Below, in pieces: positions 29,266 through 39,761 of a DNA stretch of 64,000 bases (within the stretch, counting starts at the first letter, position 1; every line of letters begins with the position of its first letter). The notes under the pieces are model-generated. The model was not told where the DNA came from. It saw nothing but the letters and a program-made list of their open reading frames with translations, and made no database searches. The translations under genes and the position numbers were made by a program. This DNA comes from Candidatus Moraniibacteriota bacterium (GTDB taxonomy: Bacteria; Patescibacteriota; Minisyncoccia; Moranbacterales; UBA1568). Location of the stretch: contig JAAXTX010000004.1 in the NCBI GenBank assembly GCA_013336285.1, positions 624 to 64,623 of the forward strand, read 5' to 3'.

Positions 29266-30474
29266 ATGTTTTTCGGAAACAGGAAGAAGGAACAGATTAT
29301 CGATACTTCTTCGAATGCCGAGCTCTATCAGGGGATACGGGTCATGCAAGACGACCTTGATGAACTTTCCGGTAAACCTCCTGCCGTCGCATCGGTATCG
29401 TCCGCGGAATCCGCGCCGCATACCGGAGCATCGTCCGGAAGTCCTTTTTTAAGTGATCAGTATCTTGCACAGACAGCAACGAAGAACGAAACCCGGGACG
29501 GGCTTCAGGACGGGATCGAAATACAAGAACCGAGCCCGTCGGTCAAGTCGGCGGAAAACATCGATCGACAGTCCGGAGCTCCTATCGCGGAAGTGTTTTC
29601 CGGGCTGAAGAATTTTGTTTCCAATATCGGATCAAACCAGGATACGGTGGAAGAAGAATCCGAACACGAAACCGTTCAGGAGGTGAATGGGTCCGGACAG
29701 GATCCGGTCGCGAGCGGAAAGTCATGGATACTGCTTGCTTCCGCGTTGGCGTTGATAGCGCTTGTAGCGGGGGCGGCGGCATATGTATTCATCTTCAGCA
29801 GAACCGGAGGGAACGAAAATCAGACTCCCGTCGTCGGACCGAATCAGGCGGATACGGAACAATCCGCCCAGTCGATACAGTCAACGGAATCGGAAACTAT
29901 ACCGTTCACGCAGGGAATGCCGAATTATCTTTCCATAGACATCGAATCCGAAGCGTCGACGCCGGAAGGTATCTTGAAGCTTCTATCGGACACGGATGCT
30001 TCTGTCATGAAGGCGAAGCCTTCATTTCCGGTGGAATTCATCATTCGGGATGCCAATAACAACCCGGTCGCCTTCGCCCGCTTCGCCTATCTGCTCGGGC
30101 TGAAAATACCTCTGGAGACACTGACGTCGCTTGATGAGGGCTTCTCATTGTTTTTCGTATTCGATGGAAATGCCGCACGAAGAGTCGTGGTAATTGACGT
30201 GAGACAGGGTAAGGATGTGTCCAAAGATATGAAGGATGGGGAGACATCTCTCGTTTCCTGGTTCGGTACCATGTTATATCCGACCGCCGTTTCGATCTCT
30301 TCGGGAACTTCCTTTCAGTCAGGTTCGTATGGAAAGCTTACTACCAGGTTCATCAATATCGACAGCGCGGACGATACGTCGTTCGATTACGCGATAATGG
30401 ACGATGCTTTGGTCATCGGGACAAGTAAGGACGCGTTCCGCTCGGTACTCGGAACGATCGTCGGTTCCAAATGA
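29266..30474 (+). CDS. single-TM hypothetical protein with a disordered N-terminus
   Basis: Long ORF with a central TM segment WILLASALALIALVAGAAAYVFIF. Confidence 0.8.
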   Translation: MFFGNRKKEQIIDTSSNAELYQGIRVMQDDLDELSGKPPAVASVSSAESAPHTGASSGSPFLSDQYLAQTATKNETRDGLQDGIEIQEPSPSVKSAENIDRQSGAPIAEVFSGLKNFVSNIGSNQDTVEEESEHETVQEVNGSGQDPVASGKSWILLASALALIALVAGAAAYVFIFSRTGGNENQTPVVGPNQADTEQSAQSIQSTESETIPFTQGMPNYLSIDIESEASTPEGILKLLSDTDASVMKAKPSFPVEFIIRDANNNPVAFARFAYLLGLKIPLETLTSLDEGFSLFFVFDGNAARRVVVIDVRQGKDVSKDMKDGETSLVSWFGTMLYPTAVSISSGTSFQSGSYGKLTTRFINIDSADDTSFDYAIMDDALVIGTSKDAFRSVLGTIVGSK

Positions 30475-30610
30475 TGCGATCCGAATGCTTTCGGAAAGCC
30501 AAATAAATAAAGTCAGCGACTATTTTTTTTGAGACAAATTTGATATTTGTCTGCAGTGGGCTTACGAGGGAAATTAATTGCTTTCAGTAAGGGAAAATGA
30601 TGACTGATGA

Positions 30611-30639
30611 TTGACCCGGACCGAAAAAACTGATATACT
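30611..30639 (+). promoter_or_regulatory. sigma70 promoter
   Basis: TTGACC-17 bp-TATACT with extended -10 TG. Confidence 0.7.
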
Positions 30640-30645
30640 TGCTCT

Positions 30646-31162
30646 GTAGTGAACTTTAAGAACTTGAAGTTGAGGAGAACGGGGAAAGAATTTTCAGTCA
30701 CAATACCCCCTGATTGTGACTGATGATTCTTTCACTGTTCAAGCGTCGAAGTGAATCTGCTTCGGCCGCCCCGATCTGACCGGGGACCAAAAACAAAAAC
30801 AAACCGACGTCGAAAAAATAATATATTCGACGGAAGTAAAACAAAGAGAAAAAAAGAAAAACAGTTCTTTCTACAAAAGGTCAAAATGACCAGAGAATGG
30901 TGAAAGCATCGCGGAAAGAGTCAGATAAACGCGAAAAAAAAGTTGAAAGCATGTCGACAAACTACATGCGGCTGAAATGGATTATTATCGTCTTCTCACC
31001 CGGGACGAAATAACCTCGTCACATGTTGGGACATGCAGTCGGGCGCTCAGCCCAGTCAAATATTATTTATATCGGACTATAGGGCCTTGAGCGCCCGGCA
31101 CCAACACCGCAAATTTGGTGCCGGGCAGACGGGATATAAATGCCTTGAAAGGGCGTTTTTTT
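30646..31162 (+). ncRNA. candidate structured non-coding RNA (may include a 38-aa ORF at 30897-31013)
   Basis: Bounded by a promoter and a terminator; multiple long hairpins separated by A-rich linkers; no ORF of 60 aa or more on +. Confidence 0.45.
31138..31162 (+). terminator. intrinsic terminator
   Basis: AAATGCCTT-GAAA-GGGCGTTTTTTT. Confidence 0.7.
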
Positions 31163-31191
31163 GTTGCTAAAATGAAGAAAATGAAATCATT

Positions 31192-31590
31192 ATGCGGATA
31201 TTGCGAAGGTTTCATCTAAATAATCCTCTGGGGAACAGGGGCGAGGATATTGCCGCAAGGTATCTTAGGGGCAAGGGGTTTTCAATACTCGAGCGAAATT
31301 ATCGAAACAATAAAGGACGTGCCTTCGGTGAGATCGATATCGTGGCAAGGGATCGGGATGAATTGGTATTCGTGGAGGTGAAGGCTCGAACCGGGACGAT
31401 GGATAGCGGAATTCATGCTGAAGAGGCAATCACGGCCGAGAAACTCCGGCGTCTATCGAGAATAGCCGAAGTATATGTACGGGAAAGGAATGTCGGTGAC
31501 GGTCCATATCGATTTGATGCCATATCGGTGCTGATCCGTAAGGATGGCAAGGAACCGGAGATCAGACACCTTCAAAGCATATTTCTCTAG
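31192..31590 (+). CDS. yraN: YraN family (UPF0102) protein
   Basis: LGNRGEDIA, ILERNYR, GEIDIVA, LVFVEVKAR, RFDAISV. Confidence 0.92.
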   Translation: MRILRRFHLNNPLGNRGEDIAARYLRGKGFSILERNYRNNKGRAFGEIDIVARDRDELVFVEVKARTGTMDSGIHAEEAITAEKLRRLSRIAEVYVRERNVGDGPYRFDAISVLIRKDGKEPEIRHLQSIFL

Positions 31591-31652
31591 ACGGGGTGGA
31601 TTTTTTCCAATATACTGTGCGAAGAAGGGACTAATCCATTGACTTCAAGCGT

Positions 31653-32009
31653 ATGTCCATCAACGATGCCCTTAAGGAAGAACTGACAACGAAACTGCAG
31701 ACAGCCAAAGCCAGACTCGAGGGTGAGTTGTCGCGTTTCGCAAGGCCTACCGAAGTTCCGGGAGAGTATGAGACGCGATTCGAAGATATCGGAACGGACA
31801 TGGATGACAATGCCACGGAAGTCGAACAGTATGCGGACAATGTCGCTCTCGAGGATAACCTTGAAAACCAGCTTGCAGGGGTGACAGAGGCACTTGAGCG
31901 CATGGAGGCAGGGACGTATGGGATCTGCAGCGTGTGCGGAAAGGATATCGAGGAGGGGCGACTTCGTGCGTATCTTTCCGCGACCGAATGTATGGAACAT
32001 GCCAAATAG
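31653..32009 (+). CDS. TraR/DksA C4 zinc-finger protein
   Basis: ALERMEAGTYGICSVCGKDI...RL...C..H. Confidence 0.9.
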   Translation: MSINDALKEELTTKLQTAKARLEGELSRFARPTEVPGEYETRFEDIGTDMDDNATEVEQYADNVALEDNLENQLAGVTEALERMEAGTYGICSVCGKDIEEGRLRAYLSATECMEHAK

Positions 32010-32418
32010 CGTCGTAAAATCGAATTCAAAGGTTCCCGATGTTCTTTTCATCGGGGCCTTTTTCGTAATCGACCAAATAAGCAAAAGCCTGTATATGTTC
32101 TCGGATCGTTTCGTGTGCAACGTATTCGGGCCTTGGGGTTTGGAAATCAATGGAAATATGATCGTACCTGCGACGATCGTTTTCCTAGTCATATTGATAT
32201 TCCTATTGGGTCGCGAATCGGACGTCCTGATGCGCGTTCCGTTGTCGCTTTTTATCGCGGGTGGTCTGGCAAATCTTTCAGATAGGGTTTTCTACGGATG
32301 TGTGCGGGACTTCGCCTTGGTTCAATGGTTTCCGGCTTTCAATATGGCTGATATTGTACTGACGACCGGGGTGATTCTTATGTCGATTTCCCTTTTTAAG
32401 ATAAAGAGGCCTGAATAG
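31999..32418 (+). CDS. lspA: lipoprotein signal peptidase II
   Basis: IDQISK, GGLANLSDR, VRDF, PAFNMAD. Confidence 0.85.
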   Translation: MPNSVVKSNSKVPDVLFIGAFFVIDQISKSLYMFSDRFVCNVFGPWGLEINGNMIVPATIVFLVILIFLLGRESDVLMRVPLSLFIAGGLANLSDRVFYGCVRDFALVQWFPAFNMADIVLTTGVILMSISLFKIKRPE

Positions 32419-32452
32419 GCCTCAAGTTTCGTGTCTCAGGATCTCTATGAAT

Positions 32453-33607
32453 TCAGGAACGCAGAGCGTCGTAAATCGTTTTGACTACGGACGGATCCAT
32501 GACGGAAGGTAAAAGTCTTTCCCGGGTCGGAACGACAACGGAAGCTATGGCTTCGGCCGCGGCCAGCTTTACGCCCATCAGGTTGGCGCTGATCGAGTAT
32601 GCGGACTGTTTCAATCGCGAATCAAGAAGTGCGCGGAATATACCCGGAAATACGAGCGCGTTATTGATCTGGTTGGGGTAGTCCGACCGACCGGTTCCCA
32701 CTATGAAAGCCCCCGCTTTCTTGGCTGATTCCGGAAGAATTTCCGGGTCCGGATTTGCCATCGCGAAAATGATCGGACGATCCGCCATGCTTCGGATATG
32801 GTCTTCGCTCAGTATATCCCGAACCGAAACGCCGATGAAAGCGTCAGCGCCACGAAGCGCGTCATCGAGGCTGCCGGACAGACGCCGTGGATTTGTCATT
32901 TCAGCGACGTCCAGCTTATAGGGATTGAGATCGGTCCTCGAAGATTCGACGATTCCTTTGCTGTCGGCAAGAATTATGTCACCGACGCCGCGATAGTTCA
33001 GAAGTCGCGCTATGGCGATACCTGCGGCGCCGGCACCGTTGATGACGACCGACATCTCCTCCAAGGGGGTTTTCCGGAGTTTTGCCGCATTCGTGAGGCC
33101 TGCCAATACGACGATAGCCGTACCGTCCTGGTCATCATGGAATACCGGGATCGTAAGCTCCTTTTCGAGCCTGTCAAGAATCTCGAAACATCGGGGCGCG
33201 GCGATATCCTCGAGATTGATTCCCCCGAACGTCGGTTCGATCTGCTTGCAGAAACGTATGATTTCCTCGGTGTCCTGAGTATCGATACAGAGCGGAACGG
33301 CGTCGATATCGGCCATCTTCTTGAATATCATCGATTTCCCCTCCATAACGGGGAGTCCTGCTGTCGGACCGATATTTCCGAGTCCGAGAATGGCACTTCC
33401 GTCCGTCACTATAGCGACCGTATTGCTCCTGTTCGTAAGGATTTGGGCCGTTTCCGGTTCATTTGCGATAACTCTGCATATCTCGGCGACGCCGGGTGTA
33501 TATGCGAGAGAAAGGTGTTCGGCTGTGTCGAGAGGGGTCTTCGGAATCACTTCGATTTTCCCTCTTTTTGCCTGGTGATAGCGGATTACCGGGCTTTCTT
33601 CGTTCAT
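32453..33607 (-). CDS. NAD(P)-dependent malic enzyme
   Basis: AYTPGVA, PVMEGK, NLEDIAAPRCF, HDDQDGT, GAGAAG, TGRSDYPNQINN. Confidence 0.95.
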   Translation of the reverse strand: MNEESPVIRYHQAKRGKIEVIPKTPLDTAEHLSLAYTPGVAEICRVIANEPETAQILTNRSNTVAIVTDGSAILGLGNIGPTAGLPVMEGKSMIFKKMADIDAVPLCIDTQDTEEIIRFCKQIEPTFGGINLEDIAAPRCFEILDRLEKELTIPVFHDDQDGTAIVVLAGLTNAAKLRKTPLEEMSVVINGAGAAGIAIARLLNYRGVGDIILADSKGIVESSRTDLNPYKLDVAEMTNPRRLSGSLDDALRGADAFIGVSVRDILSEDHIRSMADRPIIFAMANPDPEILPESAKKAGAFIVGTGRSDYPNQINNALVFPGIFRALLDSRLKQSAYSISANLMGVKLAAAEAIASVVVPTRERLLPSVMDPSVVKTIYDALRS

Positions 33608-33725
33608 ACGGTCGAATTATCGGGTTTTACAGTCTTTCCATAATACCTTAAACTATCCTTCTGCGGAACGATGAACCCTTCCTCGGCTCCGGAAGACACG
33701 CTATAGTACGGTATAATGATGATGA

Positions 33726-35261
33726 ATGTTTTCGCGTATGCCGGCAAGAATATATTCCGTCGCGACGGTCGGGCTCGACGGGATCTCCGTTGAAGTGGAA
33801 GTCGACGTCCTATCTCAGGGACTCCATCATTTCACATTGGTCGGACTTCCGGATGCGTCCGTAAAGGAATCTCGTGACCGGGTGAGTTCGGCTATCAAAA
33901 ATAGCGGTTTCAAACCGCCTCATCAGAACGGTCGGATCACCGCCAATCTCGCTCCGGCTGATCTTCCAAAACAGAGCCCAGCTTTTGATTTGCCGCTGGC
34001 TCTCGGATACTTGCTTGCCACCAAACAACTGGATTTCGATCACAAGGACAAATTATTTCTTGGCGAGCTGGCGCTTGATGGCGTGGTGCGGCGCATAAAC
34101 GGAGTATTGCCAGCCGCGTCATTTGCGGCAGAGACTGGAGTTACGGAACTGTACGTTCCAGCGGAAAATGCTCGTGAAGCTGCTCTTATTTCCGGGGTGA
34201 CGGTATATCCGGTGAAGCATCTTTTCGCGCTTGTGAAACATTTGTCCGGCCAAGAGCGTATTCAGGCGCAGGAGCGTGAAGAATTCAACGTGTCACAGGA
34301 GACGGTGTACGATCTCGATATGGCGGAAATCCGAGGGCAGGAACATGCGAAGCGCGCGCTTGAGATCGCGGCCGCCGGCGGTCATAATACGATCCTCGTC
34401 GGTCCTCCGGGATCGGGGAAAACGTTGCTTGCACGGGCTTTACCGTCCATTCTGCCGGCTCTTTCACTTTCGGAAAGTTTGGAAGTGACAAAGATCTTCT
34501 CGGTATCGGGGAAATTACCTACGGATACGCCGCTTTTCCGACTTCGACCGTTCCGGACGCCTCATCATAGTGCCTCTGCCGTCTCGCTGGTCGGCGGAGG
34601 AACGGTGCCGAAACCGGGAGAAGTGAGCCTCGCTCATCGCGGAGTATTGTTTCTTGATGAATTCGCTGAGTTCCCTAAGGCAGTGTTGGAAAATCTTCGT
34701 CAGCCGCTTGAGGACGGATTCGTTACCGTGTCGCGGGTCAAGGGAGCGAGTCGGTTTCCCGCCAGATTTTCCCTGGTAGCGGCGATGAATCCGTGTCCAT
34801 GCGGCTATGCGGGCGATCCGGAGCGGATGTGTTCGTGTTCGCCGTTTCAGGTGCTGCGGTACCGAGAAAAAATATCCGGACCGATTCTTGATCGTATAGA
34901 TCTCCAGGTCTCGGTTCCGCGTCTCAAGGTTGAAAAGCTTGAGGATTCGCGACAAGGTGAATCGAGCGCCGATATACGGATTCGCGTCGAACGGGCCCGC
35001 TCAATACAGGAGCAGCGCTTCGTGGGATCGGCGTTTCGTACCAACAGTGAAATGGGACCCGAGGCGATACGTCTTTATTGTCCTCTTGATGATGAATCCA
35101 AAAAATTGCTTCGTGGCGCGGTGGAAAATCTTCGTTTGTCCGCCCGAAGTTATCACCGTATCTTGAAGGTGGCACGTACCATCGCCGATCTTTCCGGAGA
35201 AAAGGATATCCTTCGAACGCATATAGCCGAGGCCCTACAGTATCGGTTCAAGAGCGAATGA
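33726..35261 (+). CDS. comM: ComM/YifB Mg-chelatase-like AAA+ ATPase
   Basis: VGLPD, GPPGSGKT, PGEVSLAHRGVLFLDE, AMNPCPCG, ISGPILDRID. Confidence 0.95.
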   Translation: MFSRMPARIYSVATVGLDGISVEVEVDVLSQGLHHFTLVGLPDASVKESRDRVSSAIKNSGFKPPHQNGRITANLAPADLPKQSPAFDLPLALGYLLATKQLDFDHKDKLFLGELALDGVVRRINGVLPAASFAAETGVTELYVPAENAREAALISGVTVYPVKHLFALVKHLSGQERIQAQEREEFNVSQETVYDLDMAEIRGQEHAKRALEIAAAGGHNTILVGPPGSGKTLLARALPSILPALSLSESLEVTKIFSVSGKLPTDTPLFRLRPFRTPHHSASAVSLVGGGTVPKPGEVSLAHRGVLFLDEFAEFPKAVLENLRQPLEDGFVTVSRVKGASRFPARFSLVAAMNPCPCGYAGDPERMCSCSPFQVLRYREKISGPILDRIDLQVSVPRLKVEKLEDSRQGESSADIRIRVERARSIQEQRFVGSAFRTNSEMGPEAIRLYCPLDDESKKLLRGAVENLRLSARSYHRILKVARTIADLSGEKDILRTHIAEALQYRFKSE

Positions 35262-36250
35262 CGCAAAAGTGCGCTGAGTCATGTGATGTAAAGGGTGACA
35301 TGGGACGAAAACGGAAAAAAATCTTCATAGCGGTCGTATTCGGAAGCGCCGCTGTCGTCTTCTTTTTTCTCTTTATAAGGAATAGTCGTAGAATCTACGA
35401 TACGACCGTTCCCAAATCGGTGACAATGATCGTGGAAGGGTTTCCCTACAGACTTTCTTCGATTACGGCGAAAACGGTCGGTGAATTGATCGATACTGTG
35501 GGAGAGGACATATCGGTAGATGATCTCATATTTCCGTCCCGGGAGGTGCCGCTGTCATCGGGTATGATTATCTCGGTTAACCGCCTGAAGAAGGTCTCCG
35601 TGAAGGCAGACGGTGAGACCAGGGAGACGTACACGACCGCGCGAACGGTAGAAGAGGCACTCTACGATTCCGGCATATCCGTCCGGGAAGAGGATTTGAT
35701 CGCGCCTAATCGGTCCACGCTTCTTTCGCGATCTGGAAAAATCGTCGTGACGCGGGTTGAAATCCGGGAGGAAAAGACGGATAAGAAGCTATTATACGAT
35801 ACGAAAACGAAGGAGGATGACAGTCTGAGCTGGCGAAAAAAGACGGTCGAACAGAAAGGCGAGAACGGTGTCCGCACATACCGATATCGTGTAAGTTATC
35901 ATGATGGCAAGGAAGTGAATCGGAAATTGCTCGGAAGCGAAATCACCAAGGATCCCGTGACGGAAATCGTCGTACAGGGGACCTTTGTCAAGGTCGGCAA
36001 AGGGTCGAACGGCATGGGAACCTGGTATTCCTATACTGGCAAGCTTGCCGCGGCGAGCCTCTCCCTTCCATTGGGGAGTTATGCCCGAGTTACGAACACC
36101 GCGACCGGAAAGTCGGTGATCGTCGTCATCAACGATCGGGGACCGTACGGAAAGGGTCGGATCATAGATCTCGACAAGGTGGCTTTCGAGAAGATAGCGT
36201 CCATCGGCGCCGGAGTGATCGAGGTGAAGGTGGAGCCGGTCCTGAATTGA
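35258..36250 (+). CDS. YabE-like cell-wall protein: DUF348 + G5 + RlpA-like DPBB domain
   Basis: TM, T.A.TV.E repeats, G5 (QKGENG...PVTEIVVQGT), VINDRGPY..GRIIDL; upstream of rsmA. Confidence 0.88.
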   Translation: MTQKCAESCDVKGDMGRKRKKIFIAVVFGSAAVVFFFLFIRNSRRIYDTTVPKSVTMIVEGFPYRLSSITAKTVGELIDTVGEDISVDDLIFPSREVPLSSGMIISVNRLKKVSVKADGETRETYTTARTVEEALYDSGISVREEDLIAPNRSTLLSRSGKIVVTRVEIREEKTDKKLLYDTKTKEDDSLSWRKKTVEQKGENGVRTYRYRVSYHDGKEVNRKLLGSEITKDPVTEIVVQGTFVKVGKGSNGMGTWYSYTGKLAAASLSLPLGSYARVTNTATGKSVIVVINDRGPYGKGRIIDLDKVAFEKIASIGAGVIEVKVEPVLN

Positions 36251-36294
36251 GAGTGATACAATGTATGTAAACGTCGATCGGTGAAACAGAACCT

Positions 36295-37116
36295 ATGGAT
36301 CATGTCAAAGCGAAAAAATCATTGGGACAGAATTTCCTTCAGGACGTCAACGTCGTGGAGGGAGTATTGGATATCGGGAACATCGGTTCCGGAGATCCCG
36401 TGTTCGAAATCGGTCCCGGCACGGGAGCGCTTACCGGGCCACTTCTTTCCCGCGGCGCCAAAGTGAAAGCGATCGAGCTTGATCACGATCTTGCCGAACG
36501 TCTCAGTGAGACGTTTCGTGATTCATCCGATATCGAACTGATAGAAGGGAACATCCTGGATATGGATATGGACGGTTTTCTCCTACGGACAGGATTGGCG
36601 GACCACGGTTATAAGGTTATAGCGAATATACCGTATTACATCACCGCACCGATCATACGAAAGCTGCTTTCCCTCTCGATACGACCGGAACGGATCGTAC
36701 TCATGGTGCAAGAAGAGGTCGCGGATCGTTTGGCGGCTCCGCCGGGAAAGATGAGTCTGATTTCGCTCATGGCACAGTTCTATGCCACCGTGACGAAAGA
36801 GCTGGATGTACCGAAATCGGCATTCGTACCGGCGCCAAAGGTGGATAGCGCAGTGGTGAAGCTTGTTCCGAAACGCGTATTCTCAAAGGAAGGGGACAGA
36901 AATCTCTTCCGTATCGCCAGAGCCGGGTTTTCCGCCCGTCGGAAGACGCTCGCAAACAATCTTTCGTCCAGTCTTCATTTCCCAAGAAAGAATATCGAGT
37001 CCATGCTTTCAAGCCTGGGACTTGACATCCGCGTTCGTGCTCAGGAACTTTCGGTCGACGATTGGCTGGCGCTTTCGGAGGTTATCGAAAAGTTCGGTAT
37101 GACGTATGAAAAGTGA
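36295..37116 (+). CDS. rsmA: 16S rRNA dimethyladenosine transferase
   Basis: KKSLGQNFL, EIGPGTG, ANIPYYIT, FVPAPKVDS. Confidence 0.97.
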   Translation: MDHVKAKKSLGQNFLQDVNVVEGVLDIGNIGSGDPVFEIGPGTGALTGPLLSRGAKVKAIELDHDLAERLSETFRDSSDIELIEGNILDMDMDGFLLRTGLADHGYKVIANIPYYITAPIIRKLLSLSIRPERIVLMVQEEVADRLAAPPGKMSLISLMAQFYATVTKELDVPKSAFVPAPKVDSAVVKLVPKRVFSKEGDRNLFRIARAGFSARRKTLANNLSSSLHFPRKNIESMLSSLGLDIRVRAQELSVDDWLALSEVIEKFGMTYEK

Positions 37117-37206
37117 CGTGGGTTGGCCGTTTGATCGTAAGACGGAATGAGATACATAAAACCGGTCTTCAGACCGGTTTTCATTTCAGATCGAAACAGG
37201 GACACT

Positions 37207-38883
37207 TCAGGTCAGCAATACTATCGTAGCGATAAGGCCATATACCGTTATGATGAGCATATTCCAAGCCGGAAGGGCGCGGAAAGTTTCCCGTTTGTTC
37301 TGTTTCCTGCCGGCACGTGCCACGGAAAGGAAGGAAAGCGTTCCAAACAGGATGGAAGGGATCGCGAGTTTCGGTTCGTGGAGAACGATGGGGCTCGCGA
37401 CATAGCAGAGGAATAGCGCGGTGCCGATGACGGCCCGAGCCTTTTCGGTTCCGAGAATGACGGGAACGGTGAAGACTCCGTCCTTCCGATCCCCCTCGAT
37501 ATCCTTGAAGTCTTTCAGGGGAATCGTTACCGCATAGGCTATCGCGAGAAAGGCGAGGATGGTGGCGGGGACGGGTGATATGTCCGAGGATTGGGAAACG
37601 GCTGAGAATCCGGCGAGAATCACCGACATACCTGCTGCCGCGGAAAGTACGGTGGCGATGATCGGAAAACGTTTGAGCCGGAACGGCGGGGAAGAATATA
37701 GGAACGCGATCGCCTGATATGTGAGAATGAGGAGCATCGCCTTCATGCTTACGATACCGGCGAACAGGATTGAAGCCGCGAAGAATAGGATGCCGATTTC
37801 GCGATATAAAGTGGCGGAAATCGTCCGAGCTGGAAGCGGGCGATCCCGATTGGTTTTCTCATCTATACGTCGATCGGCGATGTCATTGAATACGACCGAG
37901 GCGAGCCAGGCGCTTTCCACCGCTCCGGCGAGAAGTAATACGCCAAGGGTCTCGAAAAAATCAAACCTTAGCCTTGCTCCGGCATATAGGGCGGCCAGTC
38001 CGCCGCCGAGGAGCAGAAGGCCGCCATGCCAGAAAATCTGTGGCCATCGTACGTTCCGGATAAGGGCAAGGAATGTTTTTTTTGAGACTCTATACAGGAA
38101 GACGCCGACTGTCACGGAGACGAGAAGCGCATAGATGATGCTCATCCGGATGCCGAGTGCGGTACGGGGGTCTGCCATTTCATGTCCGAGAAAACTTTTT
38201 GGAGAAAGAGTAAATCCTGCGACATTGAGCTCGGTGACGCCGAGAATCCCCTGGCTAGGGGCGAGCGCCACGATGGCGACATAGGAAGGGAACGTGCCGA
38301 GAATGAAAAAAACGGCATAGGAAAGAAGGGAAACGCCGAGGGCCTTTGTCGCTTTGCGTGAGCGAAACCATGCGTACAATCCGAGACCGACCGACATTAT
38401 GGCGACTTCGGCGCGGGCACCGTACGTCATGCCGATATCCGGCGTATCGCCGAAGAAATGAAAGAAACGGGATATGAGGCCGTATAACCCGTCGAGTTCG
38501 TAAAAACTCCAAAACATCCGGTCGCCGAAGATGATCTTATCGACGATCGGCGGGGTCAAGACGACGAGGAATCCGAAGAGGATAAGATTGACCGCACGCT
38601 GCCATGACGTGGCTCCGGCAATTCTGGCAATCGGGAGAAAGAGAAGGAAGGCAAACAGAAAAAAAAGAAACGTATGTGAAAAACCGAAAAAAAGGAACGC
38701 GAGTCCCTCCGTTCTGAATCCGCTTACGCCGCTCTCGACCAGGAGGCGGATGACTATGAGTGCGGTGAAAGACAACGAAAACGAGCCAAGTGAGAACGGG
38801 GCGGATTCGATAGTCTCGACCGCGTCGGACATTATCCGCCTTATGTTGCGAAAGAGCGAGGTCACGGCCGATATCTTTTTCAT
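37207..38883 (-). CDS. UbiA-family prenyltransferase with an extra N-terminal membrane domain
   Basis: NDIADRRID...RPL, YS.PPFRLK, KDFKDIEGD. Confidence 0.88.
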   Translation of the reverse strand: MKKISAVTSLFRNIRRIMSDAVETIESAPFSLGSFSLSFTALIVIRLLVESGVSGFRTEGLAFLFFGFSHTFLFFLFAFLLFLPIARIAGATSWQRAVNLILFGFLVVLTPPIVDKIIFGDRMFWSFYELDGLYGLISRFFHFFGDTPDIGMTYGARAEVAIMSVGLGLYAWFRSRKATKALGVSLLSYAVFFILGTFPSYVAIVALAPSQGILGVTELNVAGFTLSPKSFLGHEMADPRTALGIRMSIIYALLVSVTVGVFLYRVSKKTFLALIRNVRWPQIFWHGGLLLLGGGLAALYAGARLRFDFFETLGVLLLAGAVESAWLASVVFNDIADRRIDEKTNRDRPLPARTISATLYREIGILFFAASILFAGIVSMKAMLLILTYQAIAFLYSSPPFRLKRFPIIATVLSAAAGMSVILAGFSAVSQSSDISPVPATILAFLAIAYAVTIPLKDFKDIEGDRKDGVFTVPVILGTEKARAVIGTALFLCYVASPIVLHEPKLAIPSILFGTLSFLSVARAGRKQNKRETFRALPAWNMLIITVYGLIATIVLLT

Positions 38884-39081
38884 ATTGGTATGCTATAGGT
38901 TGCAATACCATTATAGACCAATTTTTCGCTATTGAAGAGCCTTTTTGTCTCCGTATACTCTCGGGGGATAGATCATGCGGCATGATTGGAAAAACTGCCT
39001 ACCGGATATATACTGAAAAAAGAGGGTCAAATTAAGATCGTGGTGGCCTGGTTGGCATACTAACGCATTAGATTGGAATAT

Positions 39082-39705
39082 ATGTCTTTTCTTCTTCCGA
39101 AAGGATCCGATTTTTTTCGACTGTTCGGGCAGTTACAAGGGGATGTCGAACGGATGAGCGCTCTTTTTTCGGATTTCGTGAAAGAGTTCGACGATTTCGA
39201 CGGATATGTCGAAAAAGCCCACGAAATCGAGATGAGTGCCGACAAGACGGCGCATCAGATCGTCGGAGAACTGAACCGATCGTTTATTACTCCGTTCGAC
39301 CGTGAGGACATCCATCATCTCGCGTATGAGATGGACGAGATCGTCGATCTCATCGAAGACATAGTGCGGAATGTCCAATTATACCACTTCGAGGCGAGAG
39401 TGGAGTCGATGCGTGAGTTCGCTGATTGCTTCGTGAAGGCAACGGGTCATTTGGGAAAAATGACGGAACAATTGAAGCATCTGAAGCACACGCCGGAATT
39501 CCTGAAGGAGAAGATCGCGATCCACGAGATAGAGGATCGCGCCGATCTGTTGTTCGAGAACGCTATCGACAAATTGTTCAGTGAAGGGGGTGATCCCATA
39601 TTGGTGATAAAGACCAAGGACATCCTCGAGGAGATGGAAAACGTCGTCGACAAGTATCAACATGTCGGAAATATGATTGAAAGCATCGTCATCAAGATGT
39701 GCTAG
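39082..39705 (+). CDS. DUF47 / PhoU-like phosphate transport regulator
   Basis: EIEMSAD, SFITPFDREDI, EIEDRAD; upstream of pit. Confidence 0.92.
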   Translation: MSFLLPKGSDFFRLFGQLQGDVERMSALFSDFVKEFDDFDGYVEKAHEIEMSADKTAHQIVGELNRSFITPFDREDIHHLAYEMDEIVDLIEDIVRNVQLYHFEARVESMREFADCFVKATGHLGKMTEQLKHLKHTPEFLKEKIAIHEIEDRADLLFENAIDKLFSEGGDPILVIKTKDILEEMENVVDKYQHVGNMIESIVIKMC

Positions 39706-39761
39706 TTTCGACGACGACCCACTCGGAAACGCAGGACAGTGTTTTTCAACAGGCTTTAAAT

